A stretch of DNA of 64,000 nucleotides from Anolis carolinensis (GCF_035594765.1 NC_085841.1:332577402-332641401), one strand, 5' to 3'. Positions 36,490 through 50,800 are shown, numbered from the stretch's first letter. Notes: a model not told the origin generated them from the letters alone. A program made the numbers and translations.

Positions 36490-39390
36490 ATTTAAAGCAC
36501 CAACTTGCCAGGTTGCCTCTGGTTAGTTTTTGTGGTTTATGTTTACATATTTTAAGGGAACATCTGGCAATCTTTCTAGACCAAAAACCTAAACAAAATT
36601 TGTTCCCTTTTGTTACAGTTTAGAAAATCAGACACAATTGCATATATATATGTTCTATATTCTATTCTACAGTTTATAGGTTTTACCATGTTACATGCCA
36701 TTTAATGATATAGATAGGTCAAGAAGGTGCGAACTGAAATTTGTCTGGCCTGTAACACTGTGAAGGTGGTGGAATTGAGAGACATGCCCATTCCAAAGAT
36801 CTGAGAATTCAGAAGTGTTCTTATGGGAAGATATATTTTTCAGATAGTCTGATTCCACTGGCCCTTATTTATATATAACCAAGTTTGGATCCAACCTGTT
36901 AATGTCCCCCTCTTCCTGCAACTTTCCTAATTCAACTTTAGCTTCTATATAAACAAGGGAATGTTTCCTTCTTATTTTTTTTAAATCACATTTATTTCAA
37001 TGATTAACATAATTAAGGGAGGCTGGGCACAATGTAAAGGAATAACAATAAAATGCATATAAAATGACAGCATTAAAATTGAAGACGAGCTCAGTAGATT
37101 AAAAAAAAGATCATAAAAGAAAAAAACCATCATGTACAAAGTCATCAGCTTAACAAGACAATTATTTGCTCGAACTTTATTTTAACCATCTGGTGGAAAT
37201 AGTGGACATGTCCACAGTTTTTCCTGGAGGATAAATAAATAGAAATATATTGTTTACTACTTTAAAATGCCGACTTGGGATATCTGTCTATAGAACTGTT
37301 TTGTGTGTCTATTTACTTATCCTTACAAGAAAGATGATACAGGTAGAAATGTATAGATAAAATGTGACAAAACTGGGCATAGGAATATACTGTATATACA
37401 GAGTTGTCTTAAAGTAGTGTCTGGGATAAATTGATAGCAATATTAATAAAGAGAAACTAGATAGCTTATCTATCTGCCTAAGTTTAAATTCAAAGTGGGT
37501 AAAGTCTGAGTTACAATGAATGAGAGATCTATATTTATATCACTCTTTGGGCAGGGTTTTTTTTTCCCTTTCCTTTAGAGGTGTGATTCCATTGGCCCTA
37601 ATTTATTATATCCTACACTGCTCTCTTAGAAAATGTAAAGATGACTCCTGGGCGGGAGTGTCTACAGTAGTTGGTTTTTCATGGTTGTTCCCCCAAGTCC
37701 AGACGTGCTGGTCTGGGAGAAAAGCTAGAAGGAGCCAGCTTCCAACTCCGTGGAAGGTGGTTCCCAGAATAGTTGAGCGTAAGGAGAAAATAAAACAAAT
37801 GACAAATTACCAACAGTTAGATTTTCTTAGTAACTCTAGAAGAAAGATAATTCCAATAGAATTGAAAGTCTTGTTAGAAAAGGTAGTATGTTGCTGCACT
37901 GAAATTATAGGGCAGACTGTCATATGATTATCATTTTGTAAACCAATATCAAAGTGAAATTTAGAAGACCATTCCTATCAGTGTCTTAATAACACTACTA
38001 ATTATATTGCTATTAAGTAATATTTATTGGATAGGCCAGAGGATAAAACCAAACTAAAGCAAACTCTTTGGGTGTTGTTTGTAAAATGTTACTTTCATTT
38101 CATTGCTCAGTCTTCTTTTTTGTTGTCCCCACAATTATTCTTCCTATGACTTGGTTTCTACACCTTATTCCTGGCTCTGTGTATCTTTGAAAGCAGCAGC
38201 AGGGAATATGCTAGGTCTTGCTTGGAATGGAGAGTGATCACATTGTCCTGAGGGAGATGCTAAATGGGGAGAGAGTATAAAATGGCAGTGGCAAAGTTAT
38301 AAAAGGTGTTCAAGCTACACAACACATAGAAATCAGATCCCAGAATCTTTGCAGAGTGGAAAGAAATAGCCATATCCTCTGAGAAGCCCTTGTGGGGAAT
38401 GTGGAGTCAACCAAAATATTAAGTTACGACATAGAAAAGAATCTTGAATATAGAAATTGAGCAATAGCAGCAAAGGAAATGTAGTTTCTATGCACTTTAA
38501 AAAATCATTACGAAGCTTTTACCACCTAAGAGTAATGAGCACCACTTTTGCTTGCTTGGAAACGACATGCTCATTTTTGGCTCATTTTGAAATGAAGCAA
38601 CAGTCAATGGAAATCTTTCCAGATGGGTACAAGATGATTGGTTACATCTTTGTATGTTGAATCCAACAGCATGGGGGGCTAAGCTTCCATTGTGTGTTTC
38701 ATGGCGGCTCAGGAGATTTCTATAGATTAACATCATTTCATGGCAATCCAGTTCTTTTCTTTTCAGATGCATCTTCTTTCTTTAAAAAGTAGCACAGCAG
38801 AAAGGTGCGGGAAGGAACTATAAGGGAGTCTTATATGAGATAGGAGCCCTGGCTGCCAGTGGTGCTGTATAAATAACAAATGATAAGGAAAAGGAATAGG
38901 CCACCTGCTTCCATTGAATTACTTACGTGGAAAACTAAAGAAAACAAGCTTGCTGCCGATGATAAGATCAAGCCTGGCAGCTTGCAGAGCTGGGACAATG
39001 TTTATAGGATTTAGAGGGAAAAATTGGTTTTTGATGCATTTCTTAAATAAAATAGAATGTGGTGATAGCGTAATTTAACTCATGTTGGCATGGGAAGTGA
39101 GAGTGCTTATTTTTTAGTGCTATTGAAGCCTTCATGACTATGATCGTTCATCTTTTGCTTTGAGTGACTTCTGGCCCTTTTGGCCCCATCACTCTATTTT
39201 GCAGAATATATCGCAAACCCACTCCCTCAATCCTGGTAAAAGCTTTGGTGACACTTTCTGATTATTATCAGAAAGCTGATAACTAGTCTTAAGCATATGG
39301 AATTGAAACAATCACACGTTGTCCCCCTGTTCACCCTTGCATTAGCTTTCTTTTCACTCCTCTGTTGTTTCTCCTGTGACTGCATTTTAC

Positions 39391-39540
39391 AACCTCATCA
39401 GATGCAGTCTTGTTTCTGTATGCTCCCGAAATGGAGTCCCACAGAGTCCATCACATGATGCAGGGTAACTTCCGTCAGGACTCTGTGGGGCTGTGTTTCA
39501 GCAGTGTAGAGAGAAATGGAGTCCAACGTGCCTTTGGAGG
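39391..39540. mobile_element. Harbinger-like MITE arm (same family as 14852-15189)
   Basis: cctcatcagatgcagtc...catcacatgatgcagggtaacttc matches the reverse complement of 15090-15189. Confidence 0.55.
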
Positions 39541-39829
39541 AGGCACAAAGCAGGAGAAAGCCAGGGGAAAGATGGACCTGAAAGAGGAAAGAACATGGGT
39601 TGGCAGAAGACAGACATCGATGGGAGATAACAGGAAATATATTTATTAATAGATATTTTCAAATATGCACAGAACATATAACACATTATACAATAAGTAG
39701 GTCTTGGTTTTATGTTATGATACCACACTAGACTGCACCAGACCAGGAATAAAAAAAATCTTCTAAACAAAGGGAATAATGAACTGAGATTGAGGGACAT
39801 TCTTTTTTTTTGGTTGCTGTTTCATATTA

Positions 39830-40152
39830 CAGTAGAATCTCACTTATCCAACACTCGCTTATCCAACGTTCTGGATTATCCAACGCACTTTTGTAGTCAA
39901 TGTTTTCAATACATCGTGATATTTTGGTGCTAAATTCGTAAATACAGTAATTACTATATAGCATTACTGTGTATTGAACTACTTTTTCTGTCAATTTTGT
40001 TGTTTACCGTGATGTGTTGGTGCTTAATTTGTAAAGTCATATCCTAATTTGATGTTTAATAGGCTTTTCCTTAATCTCTCCTTATTATCCAATATATTCC
40101 CTTATCCAACGTTCTGCCAGCCCGTTTATGTTGGATAAGCGAGACTCTACTG
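39830..40152. mobile_element. Tc1/mariner MITE, full length (323 bp)
   Basis: TA|cagtagaatctcacttatccaac ... gttggataagcgagactctactg|TA; inverted sister copy at 51975-52297. Confidence 0.92.
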
Positions 40153-40396
40153 TACCTGCATTTAATAGACACACCAATGCCTTTTCATTTCCACAAACTG
40201 CAAAAATTAAAGGAAATCAATAACCCCTTTTCAAATTATCTCTCTAGCATACAGCCTAAGTGCCCAAACTTTGAGGCTCTTGGATCAAGATGGTGTGCCT
40301 TAGCATTCTTGTTTGTCAGATAAACATAGCAAATTATTCAATTTCTAAATATGTAGGATTCAAAATCACCTCTCCTCTATCAGCACTGTCTAAAAC

Positions 40397-40531
40397 AGGG
40401 ATGGCTGTTGTGCAGCCTTCCAGATGTTGATGAATTGCAGCTTTCAGCTTTTCTTACTATTATATGTGATGGTTAGGGCTACTAGAAATTGCAGTCTAAC
40501 AAGATATAGAGGTCACATAATTTCCATCCCG
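40397..40531. mobile_element. Old hAT-like palindromic MITE
   Basis: agggatgg...ccttccagatgttg / aacaagatatagagg...ccatccc; related copy at 59778-59904. Confidence 0.5.
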
Positions 40532-40550
40532 CTTGGTTTTTGTTTTGGTC

Positions 40551-40608
<58 letters not shown>
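40551..40608 (+). repeat. (TTA)n microsatellite
   Basis: About 19 units. Confidence 0.95.
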
Positions 40609-40635
40609 GACACAATGACATAGTATGACACAGCA
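40609..40635 (-). mobile_element. Ultra-short R4/Dong 3' stub
   Basis: After (TTA)n comes gacacaatgacatagtatgacacagca, which shares gtatgacacagca with the Dong 3' terminus at 8202-8214. Confidence 0.6.
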
Positions 40636-40760
40636 TCTCAGTTTTTCTCTCCATACAGAGACTCAAAGCGGCTCACAATTAAAAAGCATTACAGTGCAAC
40701 TTAAAATATACAAATATTAAAACAGTATTAGACTTCATTAATATTAAAATTATTATTAAT
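40636..40760 (-). mobile_element. L2 3' end
   Basis: tttttctctccatacagagactcaaagcggctcaca plus A-rich UTR; a + strand L2 end (gattccttgtggagagaaaaagcagggtataaataaa) lies at ~41010-41095. Confidence 0.6.
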
Positions 40761-41795
40761 ATTATATATTTGATGGAGTTTCAAAGGCTGGGGTGTCTGT
40801 AGGATGGCTGCATCTTATTCTAGAGTGTATATAGATGTAAATACATGCATATGAACATGCAATTCCAGCATACGCTTTCAATTTCTTTTTAAATGGTCTA
40901 CTACCCACACTGTAATTTTTACTGCTTGCATTAGGACTGAAATTTGTTGATAAGTACTAATATTTCCAGTGTGAGAATACTATGAATAATATTGAATTCA
41001 ATTGAAATTGATTCCTTGTGGAGAGAAAAAGCAGGGTATAAATAAACATAATAATAAACATAATATAAGCATAATAATAAACATAATAATAATTCAATTG
41101 GAAGTGGCCATAGAGTTCCCCTGAAGGATAGAATTGCATCACATAAGCAAAAGTCATCATAATTTTTTTTTTGAGCTGGAAGATGGTGCCTTCCTGGCCA
41201 ACAGGCCCCAGTGTTTAAACACTCCTAAGCACAATGGTAAAGCCAGCACTGCCTGGAGAGGGTGTATTTTCTCCCAGAGGACTTATTTTGTTGCATGTGA
41301 GTAGATGAAGCCATGGGTATTTGTGTTGTGGATATGGGGAGTCATCTTATATAAATGCTTTTTGAAACGTGGAAACTATTACAGATAGATTATTGATCTA
41401 CCTTACACTAGAAGCAAGGGCACAATAGACAAGTTAACATTGAATTAACTGAACATACAACCACTGGAGAACTATTAGCAGCTTGTAACAGTGGGGAACT
41501 TATTTATTAAAAGGATTTCTGTTTTGCCTGCCAGCCTGCAAGGGCTTCCAAGGCAAGGAACAAATTAAAAAACTAAAAGAACACAGTGATAAAAATGTTT
41601 TTAAAACACATTAAAATACTCTTTGAAAATCTCTAAAAGCACTCTACAAATGCTAGAATCCAATTTTGAAATAGTTACAGCAATTTCAAATACTAAACAC
41701 CATGCAGAACAACGTTGCCCATTAGAAGCTTAGATGAGTTGGGGCCAGTCTAACTTGCTTGGATAGGCATTTGATGTGTTATGTGTATTGACCAA

Positions 41796-42030
41796 TAGGC
41801 ATGTGCGATCCAGGAAAAAAATGGTTCTAAACTCTGTTCTAAAGTAGGGGGCGCTGGTGCTTCGTTTCTAAAGTCATTTCTGAATTTTGAAAGCAAAAAG
41901 TTCAAAACTTTCTGAAACTTCCAAATATTCGTAAGTACTTCGTTAATGGTGGACGTGCATGTGCATGAATGAAAACATTACTGTCAGTGCAAAAAATTGA
42001 GGGGCTTTTCTCTCAATTACACGTTTTTTA
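41796..42030 (+). mobile_element. hAT element left-end fragment
   Basis: taggcatgtgcgatcc...ttcgtttctaaagt is homologous to the left end at 61548-61640. Confidence 0.6.
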
Positions 42031-42327
42031 AACATTTGAGGGTTTTTTTTCCTTATTAGAATGCAACTGATTTCTTCTACTACTGCAGTCTCTTTATAAG
42101 GGTGGCTAGGCTATGGGGGAGTTTCCCTACTGAAATATAAAAGATGTCTCAGCCATAAATAATAGAAAGGCAATTAGTAATCCTGTCAATTTTTAAACAA
42201 ATAAGGAGTAAAACAGGAGGAGGCGGGAATCTTGTGTTTAAAACATCACTACATACTTTCAGCATCCTTTCAAGGATAACTTCCTGATCTCTCTCCCCCC
42301 ACCACCACACACAGCTTACAATTCATT

Positions 42328-42390
42328 GTTTTTTTTCCTGGTCAGGAATGACTTGAGAAACTGCATGTCACTTCTGGTGTGAGAGAATTA
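42328..42390 (-). mobile_element. 3' fragment of Anolis SINE2-like element
   Basis: T-run then gtcaggaatgacttgagaaactgcatgtcacttctggtgtgagagaatt, matching 10484-10530. Confidence 0.75.
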
Positions 42391-45300
42391 ATTGCTGAAT
42401 CCCCCTGATCAGATTTCCAATGAATTAAACAACACAATTGTTAATAATAACTCATTTAACTATATGTTGTAACAGCATTAATTCAGAGTAAAAAGAAGAT
42501 AGCATTGTATGTTAACAACAGCTATAAAACAGGTGAGATTTACATTGCAGGAGTCTGCATGCAATGGAGTTTCCTGGCAGGAGAAAACCACACAAAATGT
42601 AATGGACACCTTCATATGTATCCCTTCTCTCAGAATTTAATACTGAATTTGGATGCTTCAAGAATCTCAGATTCTAATTGGTTATAATTTGTTATTTCTC
42701 TTGGTTTTTGCATCAGAAAATAGTTTTTGTCTCCATACTGACTTTGTTTATATGCGGTGACCCTGAAGGCACCTCATATTTTCAACACAGATTCCTAAGC
42801 TTTCTAATCTCCCTAGTTCACACTTTACTTTGAGGGTTTTTTTTCTTTTCCATTTCATCTGACTCAATAATTTCTCTATTCACATGTTTGGTTTTGCTAA
42901 TTGTATGTCCTAGGCATCTCCAAAAATGATTCAAGCCAAATTAAACATAGGTATAACCCCCACCCCTTATCTGCAGCTGTGATATCCATGGATTTTATTA
43001 CTCATGCTCCCTAAATTATCCCTCACAAAAAGTGTTTGTGGACCTCTTTAGGTCTTCCAGTTCTATGGTATGCTTCTGCCCAAGTATATTTTAAAATATA
43101 GGATTCACCATTATCCATCCATGGAGGTCTTGGAATATATACTCAGTGGAAATAGGGGTTATATTATACTTGCTCTTCTTTGTGAGATTGTATATGTGTA
43201 TAGTTTATATGTGTGTGCACACACATATTTTACTTTTGTGTGAATTCCTCTTTTGAAGCATTGCAGTTTTCCTCTCCTCTTCTGATATTGTTGTTCATTG
43301 TTTGTGGTTTTGTTTTTGTTTTTAGTTTGTTTGTGCCCTGAGCCTGTTAAAGTTGCCTGGTTGTGTCTGTGTGAGAACTACAATGTATAAATATATATGC
43401 ATGAATTATGGTATATCATTGAACAATTGCATTTTGAACTGTTACCTCATGTTTTAAAATATGTATATAGAAAATTATATGTTCAAAGTGGAGACTTGCC
43501 TAGAATTCATTTCCTCTGCATGTGGGAATAGGATCTAGAACTTGTGGTTTTGTATATGTATCTGTGTAGCCCTTGGCCTGATGTTGAGCAAAGCTGAATC
43601 CACCCACAATCAGTGAAAGGCCCCAATTGAATTTTTGTTTGTGTCCCTTCCTAAGAAAATGTTCTCCTTATGGGACAAATGACTCTTGTTTAAATTCTAA
43701 AATGATACAATCATTGTTGAACTGATCTTTCAAAACACGAAGTTTGCTTAGCAGCCCTGCATCTTAAAAGGTTATTCTTTTATCTAGGCATTTGTAATTC
43801 CTCCAGCTTGATTCTGTGGTCAACCCCTGCTGATAGCTGACCATAGAATCATGCTGGACACCTACACATGTCTAGATATTTTTGGGTCACATGTAGAGCA
43901 GCAGTGGAGATGGCAGTAAATATAGCAATCCACGAATAATTAAATCCATGAATGCTTAAACTACAAATGTGGATGGACAAATTTTTATGAGGCTTGTGTT
44001 GGTAGGAAAATACATTAAATTTCACCTTTTGGGGAAACCGTGTAGAAGTTAGGATGAACATAATATTGGGTTCTGTTCTAATCATTTGAGAAGATGGTCC
44101 CCATTCCCATATCTATGATATGGAGCACAGTAATTTGTAATGAGGTGAAAGGAAGGCTGGATAAGTATAAGGAAGGCACATGCATCCATCTCCCCAGTTA
44201 CCCAATGCTGTGTCCTGTATACAAGCTAAGTGGAGTGGGAGACACTGGTTTCTATTGAGACTTTATAGGCATGCTCAATCCATATGTCTAGTGCTCACAG
44301 AAAATTGTATCATACCCTTAAATTTTACAAAACAATTTAAAATATTTCACAGCAAGTAGACCAGTGCAGAATGAATGCTACAATTATGATCTGTACATCA
44401 TTGTTTATCATGTACATTGATCCAGCTATTGGCAGAGTAAGGGAACTAAAGGTAAACCAGTGTTAGATCAATAGTTCAAAGTAACTTTCAGAAAACACAT
44501 TCCAATTGATTTTATAGCCTTTCTAAACCTGTTTAAAATTACCAGGAATTTAAGGACCGTAAGGAGAAAGAAAAGTAATTTTCAGACAAAGTACTGTCCT
44601 CTGGCGGGTGGGTGGAAATCAAACATTTATATTTTGGTTATGGATTTGTCAAACTATTTGTACCTTCCTTTAACATGATACCCATGTATTATCTGTGACT
44701 ACTCTTTCTCAATCTTTTTATCCCTTTTATTTTTTAAAGAAATGAGACATGCATAGATTTTCTGTAATGATTATTTGTAAGTGAAATGAGAGTAATTATT
44801 TTGCTTACTTATCTAGAAAAAAAGAACAAATAAGAAGGAAAAAGTTTTACTATTGAGTTCTATCTCACATAAAGGGAGGCTAGACACTGGGAAGGTGAGG
44901 GAGTACATACTTGCAAACTCCCTGCTGAGTGTGATTTGCTCTTCCCTTCTCTTCAGCCAGACATACAGCATCTCCCATACCACTCTGGGGTTTCATTTAG
45001 TTTCAACCTCAAGCCATTTCTCAATGCACTGAATATACTTTGCCCTTCACTTCATGATGTGGAAAAAGTAAGGGGTAGCAGATTTGGGGTCCTATGTAGG
45101 AGGATGCAGTTTTGGCTCTGATTTCTTATTTCTGGTCTCTCATTCCATCTCATTCTGAGGGGTGAGGCTTCAGGAAAGGGGTGAAATGACCAGGGAAATT
45201 TCCTGGGATCAGTTTGGGAATACAGTAAGCCAAATTAGACTTGCATCGTAGAGTCCCCGCCCCCATTCTAGAATATTCTCATGTGTTAAAAGAATGCTTG

Positions 45301-45667
45301 AGGGGAGGCCATAAAGGTGTGTGGACTAGGCCCACCACTATCTCATGCTACAGATAAGCTCCTTGCACTCTCTGTGTTTGACTTACTTTTAATGGGCATT
45401 AATGCATACAGATTTATCTGCCGTGTGGGGAGCGGGGGGGATGTATCTTGGGTCAGGTCATGGTGGAACTCTGCGTATATATGTTGATATGTGTATGGGT
45501 CTTAAGTTAGTAGAGATAGGATAATTGTTTCAGTGTGCAGCATGATTTAGTTAGCCTATCCTGATAACCCACTTACACTCTTCCTTTTAATGTCTGCTTA
45601 TGGTAGTGAGAGCACCAGCAGTGAGGTTGCCCACAACTTCTGAGACTGATTTGGTAACCGTCTAAAG

Positions 45668-45802
45668 CAGTGATTCTTAAGCTGTGCACCTATAGGTGTT
45701 TTGGAATTCAGCTCTCAGAAATCCCAGCCAGCTTAATAACTGTTAGAAATTATGGGAGTTGAAGTTCAATGCATCTGGAGGAGCACAGTTTGAGAAACTC
45801 TG
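45668..45802. mobile_element. hAT-Charlie-type palindromic MITE
   Basis: cagtgattcttaagctgtgc / gcacagtttgagaaactctg; TSD gtctaaag / gtctagag (NTCTAGAN-type target). Confidence 0.8.
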
Positions 45803-45819
45803 GTCTAGAGAGATATTGG

Positions 45820-45950
45820 TATCGCTTTCTCTGGATGTCTTCAAAATGAGGTTGGACAGCTACCTGTTGAGTTGCTGGAAATCCTGCACTGAACAGGGGG
45901 CTAGACTCAGTGGCCTGTGAGACCCCTTCCAACTCTATGATTGGATTCTT
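45820..45950 (+). mobile_element. CR1 LINE 3' end
   Basis: tctctggatgtcttcaaaatgaggttggacagc...tcctgcactgaacagggggctagactc...cccttccaactctatgatt, a typical CR1 terminus. Confidence 0.85.
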
Positions 45951-47513
45951 TGTATTGCAAGCACAAATGTCTCTATTGTCTTCTGAAGGCAGTGTGAGCA
46001 TTAGAAACTGGTTAATTTAAGTTTTAATAATCACAGCATATTAAGCCTTCTGCTTATTGGAGATCATTCAAAATCTGCTCCTTAAATGGAAATCTGGCTA
46101 ACCCAAATAAATTAAGAGTCAGTAAGAGTAACCCTGCTGAATTTTTCTCATAGAATATTTCATGGAAATAAAAATGCTTTGACTATATTTGAAATAACTG
46201 TCATATTTAGTTGAGTACCTTGTATATAGTAACAATTACTGTAGCAATATTGCAGCTTCTAATGAGCTGCATTCATATTCCAAATTGAAGAATGCACTTC
46301 TGAAGGATAGTTCAATTTTTATTTCTGCTCTCCTGATGTTATATGTAAGAATGAAACTTGCATGTCTTGTTTATGGTGAGCACCATCTGTTATTTTTTTT
46401 GTTTTAGATATGGCAAATCTTGGTTCTGGCCAGGTGGTAACACATTCAGAAGAATTGCTTGTCACACACAAACAAAGGGCAAATGTCACTTCAGTGGCTT
46501 AATATTGCATCAAAAATGAATGTGATGAAGCAAAAAGGCAGGGGTCATGCTCCGAGGTTATTCAGAATAAACTCTGCTAAAATTAGACTGTACGTGTATG
46601 ACTGTGAAAGGAATATATGTACAGTTCAGTATATATGAAGCAAGACTGAGACCCACTGTCAAGGGAGAAAACTAAATTTTAAACTGCGGTGCATCCATAC
46701 TGTGTATGTTAAATAAGGAAGTTGAAAGGACTTGGATGGACTGAACAGAGAAAGGGAGGATATATTGAGTTTATTATGCAGGGTCAGATGTACCATTAGG
46801 CAGAGGCGATCAAGTCAATATGCAGATTCTGGGAAGAGGTACAGTTAGAATTCCTTGACTGTTGTTCCTGAATCTCCCAGACATTTCCTTCCTTTGGAGA
46901 ACACAGTGTGTATGCCACAGACCTTATCCTCATTCCCAGGCTTCTCTCAGGTATGTAGAAAAATTATATTCTATTGCCCATATAAAATTAAAATTCATTG
47001 GGCATTCCACCCAGCTTCTGTATTTAGAATGTGAGATAATGCACTCTGTTTTCCTCTGACAGCCAAATGTCTTTGGCCAATCTTGTATTTATGTGAAATG
47101 CTACTTTGCTGGCCATCCACATTTGTAAAAATGGTATGAATAGTTCTAATGAGTGCACTTTGCTTCAGTCAGTAGTTGGTAGTTTTCAGGAGTTTTTTTT
47201 TAAATAAATCTAAAATGGAATCTTCAAATCTGAAGTTCTACATAAATTGTATATGATCTGTGGAAGTAGCATTTATACTGAGTGATTTCTCCACTGTGAA
47301 CCTGCAAATGCACATATTTTGTCAGAATACAAGAAGACTTGTGATTGGAATCTTATCTAGCCAGAATATGGTCACCGGTGAGTAGGCCATTCATGCACCC
47401 GAGTAATTGGTATAGTGGTACAAAAGGCCCTCTGTATATACTGATATGTTGTCCATACTAAGATATTTCCCTCTATATAGTGATATACTGTTTTTAGTGC
47501 TGTAGGGAACATA

Positions 47514-47980
47514 CCGTGTTTCCCCGAATATAAGACAGTGTCTTATATTAATTTTTGCTCCCAAAGATGCACTAGGTCTTATTTTCAGGGGATGTCTTAT
47601 TTTTCCATGAAGAAGAATTCACATTTATTGTTGAACAAAAAAATTGAACATTTATTATATACTGTACAGTAGTTGTCATCACAAACCAGCATAACCAAAC
47701 CAGACAAACTATGACTTCTGTCAAGAATGTCTTGTTACTACTGTCTAAATATAAATAATATAACATTTTAATATATTATTACCATTATTTCCATGTACAA
47801 CTGGCGTGTACATTTACCGATCCTGCAAGTTCTGGTGTTTTGTTTGGCGGGCGCCGGGCCTGCTTCCAAACAAAAACTTTGCTAGGTCTTACTTTCGGGG
47901 GAGGCCTTATATTTAGCAATTCAGCAAAACCTCTGCTAGGTCTTATTTTTTGGGGATGTCTTATTTTCGGGGAAACAGGG
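47514..47980. mobile_element. TcMar-Tc2-like MITE, full length (467 bp)
   Basis: TA|ccgtgtttccccgaatataagaca ... tgtcttattttcggggaaacaggg|TA; internal ctaggtcttattttc-like repeats (three). Confidence 0.9.
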
Positions 47981-50686
47981 TATATCTGTTATGGTGCTAG
48001 CTACTGATAGCCCCATTCTCTTTTAATTTGTTCACTTTAGCTAGGGATGCTGTTCAACATCTGAATGATAGAGTTACAGGAACATTGAAGGAGAATAAGG
48101 AGACAGCAGGGGTCACTTTTAAAACTGACTAATTGAAATATGTGGTTGGTGTGGGTGAGTTCCTATGGGAGAGAAGCATGGCTCAATAGCCACTCTCCTT
48201 GCTTAATCATTTTCAGCTTTCCCTTGGTTGTATTTGTTCCAAGCCTGAATGGAACCAAGGTTGTGTTAGGAAAGTGGGTTGTATGATTTCACTTTGCATG
48301 AATGTGTGATTCAGTTGACTAGATTGACTGGATTGATGTGACACTTCCGTCTCCCACACTTTGTGAAGAAAAGCAGCAATAATACTGCCTCAGCCATGTT
48401 AATAATGGAAGAGCCTAGTGCCACTCAGGTTTCTTAATTTATTTTAGTAATTCTAGCATTCTGTTAAGCATGGGCTTTCCCGGTTCACCTTCAGTCATAC
48501 ATATAGGCCTTCTGCATTAAGGTATTTATCCTGGTGTTGAGTTTCATTTGAATTTTATATAACCTCTGGTTATGTCAAGGTGTATTGTTCTCAAAAAGTG
48601 GGCTTACATGGAAGAATGGAAGTGATGTTTTGGAGACAGGCTATGACAGGAGAGGGCAACTTTTGTTTGCCCAAATGTTCATTTTCTGCCATGGGACCAT
48701 CCAGGAGCTGCTGCTGAAACAGCATCAGAAACAATATAGAATGAAAGTAAAGCAAAACTGGAAGTATCAAGAATTCCGTATCTGGGGTTTGGCGGCCTAG
48801 TCAAATGATGACTGCTCCTGGAAGCTTCTAGGAGATGTTTACTTTTTTGACCAGATGGCAGTCCAGAGGAATCCAGGTGGATATTGGGACAGCATGTGAT
48901 TGTAGGCTCACATTTTGCCCAGCCTAGACATGTGAGTAGGCTATGAACTGGAGCTGGATGGTGGTTTTAGAGCACGGAGTGTTATTTTTACTTACTCTCT
49001 AAATGTAATGCTCAAATAAGGGAGATTTTACCCTGGAGAATGAATGAAGGAAGAAAAGAACCAATATGTAAGAGATCAATGTTTTCTTCTTATCGGGTTC
49101 TGAATCCACAAGATTTCCAACATGTACAGATTTTGCCATGTATCAAGACAGTTGATTACATGGCAAGTCTGGGTATTTTGCTTTAAGAACGAAGAAAATG
49201 AGAGTAGATGTTGTTAATTGTTTCACAGAAGGCTGTCTTTTACCCAGAGAAATTCCTTTGACATCAGGGTTCCATAAGCCCTTAGATTAAACAACTGAAA
49301 ATGTGGATCAAATGCAATCATTTAATTTAATGTAAGAGGTTTCCCTATTTGCAGTTTTGATATAAATTTCACAGGACTGTTTAGGAAGTTTTTCAGACTG
49401 GTGCTATTTTTGTTACATTACATTTCCATTTGATTTTGGCCTTTACTGTCTCTGTATTTTATGGGGGAAGGGTGGTGTTTGATTGTGTTTCCGTATGTGC
49501 AGTGCCACCTCCTGAAATTGTCTTGTTGGGCTACCAGAAAACCCTTGCACAGTACCTATCAGATGAATCAGTTCAGAACCTCTTCATTCAGTTCTAGAAA
49601 TTATTTGCACCTCATTTCAGCAAGCCAAATTTATAGATGTTTGTCATGATATATGGTTATCAAGATTACCATAATTGCTGATAGAGAATGTTAACATTTG
49701 AATGTTGGCTGTTTTAAAGTAGATCCTTTCAAAAACAATTAGTTTTATTAAAAACACACATTTACACAGCGTTTTAACAAAAGCATTCAGCAATGTTTTG
49801 TTGAAAACTTCTTATTGTTATTGTTGTTCTTACATCAATAGAGAACAATACTAAGAAGAATCTTATCTCCTATAAACATGTATTTCAATGCATTGAAGCC
49901 TTAAACATGCTTTTGAATGGGTTGTTTTTAAATTGCTAAGATTTAAATAGAGAAATACATTGTGAGGAATATTGTAGGAAGATGAGAATGCTTTTTTTGT
50001 CTGATTCTGCACTCATGGGCCATGATAATGTTGTTGCTGTGGTATGCCTTGTTTCTAATTCATGGTGATCCTGAGGTGAACCTATCAAAGCATTTTTAGG
50101 AAGATTTATTTAGAAAGGACTCACTCTTTTGCAGGGCCAGTCCAGAACTTAAATGCTCCAGACTGGCCTCAGAGGTGCCACACAATCCACCCCCAACCCA
50201 CAGTGGCGGCAAGGGGGAATCTACATAGTGCAGTTGAGCCAAGCAGTTTCAGCCCAGTCACTGCTACCATGTGATGGCACATGGCTGTTGCAGATTTCTC
50301 TGTGGGTAATCCCTTTTTCCTCTCACTGGTTACATAGGTGACTCTACTGGTGGCAGCATGGGGGTCTTGCAACAGCAACTCTCCTGGAGCTCTGGTCATC
50401 TGGTAGCAGAGATGGCAAAATTGGCTGAATTCATCCTCCCCCCCCCCCCCGCCCGTGTCAATGAGCATAAGTAAAATAGGATGTTAGCAGTACCCCATCT
50501 GGACCTAGTCATGTTGTCCACACTGTGCCTTAACTGTGGAGCTGCTCCAGAGTTTTAGCCAAACCCCAGAACATCTCCCAACTTTCCTTAGCATGGGACT
50601 AAACTGGATTAACCTACAATAAGGATGGGAAGTCCCTGAACATGATGAAGACAGCTGGCAGTGTGAGCTATTCAATCTAGGTTGAC

Positions 50687-50800
50687 AAGTCTACAAAAGC
50701 TTATGCTACCAATTTCATTCTCTCAGGTGCTTCAAGACACTGGATACTGTATCTTGGATACTGATATTCCAGACTAATACAGCTATGTCATTGAATACTG
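50687..50800 (+). mobile_element. Penelope-like pseudo-LTR remnant
   Basis: aagtctacaaaagcttatgctaccaatttcattc...ggtgcttcaaga...ccagactaatacagctat; shares motifs with 57121 and 58038 copies. Confidence 0.6.

Noticed and set aside
43207-43228. 22-bp perfect palindrome atatgtgtgtgcacacacatat
   Set aside because: Juxtaposed (TG)n/(CA)n simple repeats, common in vertebrate genomes.
46392-46502. Acceptor followed by short ATG ORF (MANLGSGQVV...)
   Set aside because: Only ~30 codons, no recognisable similarity, weak donor.
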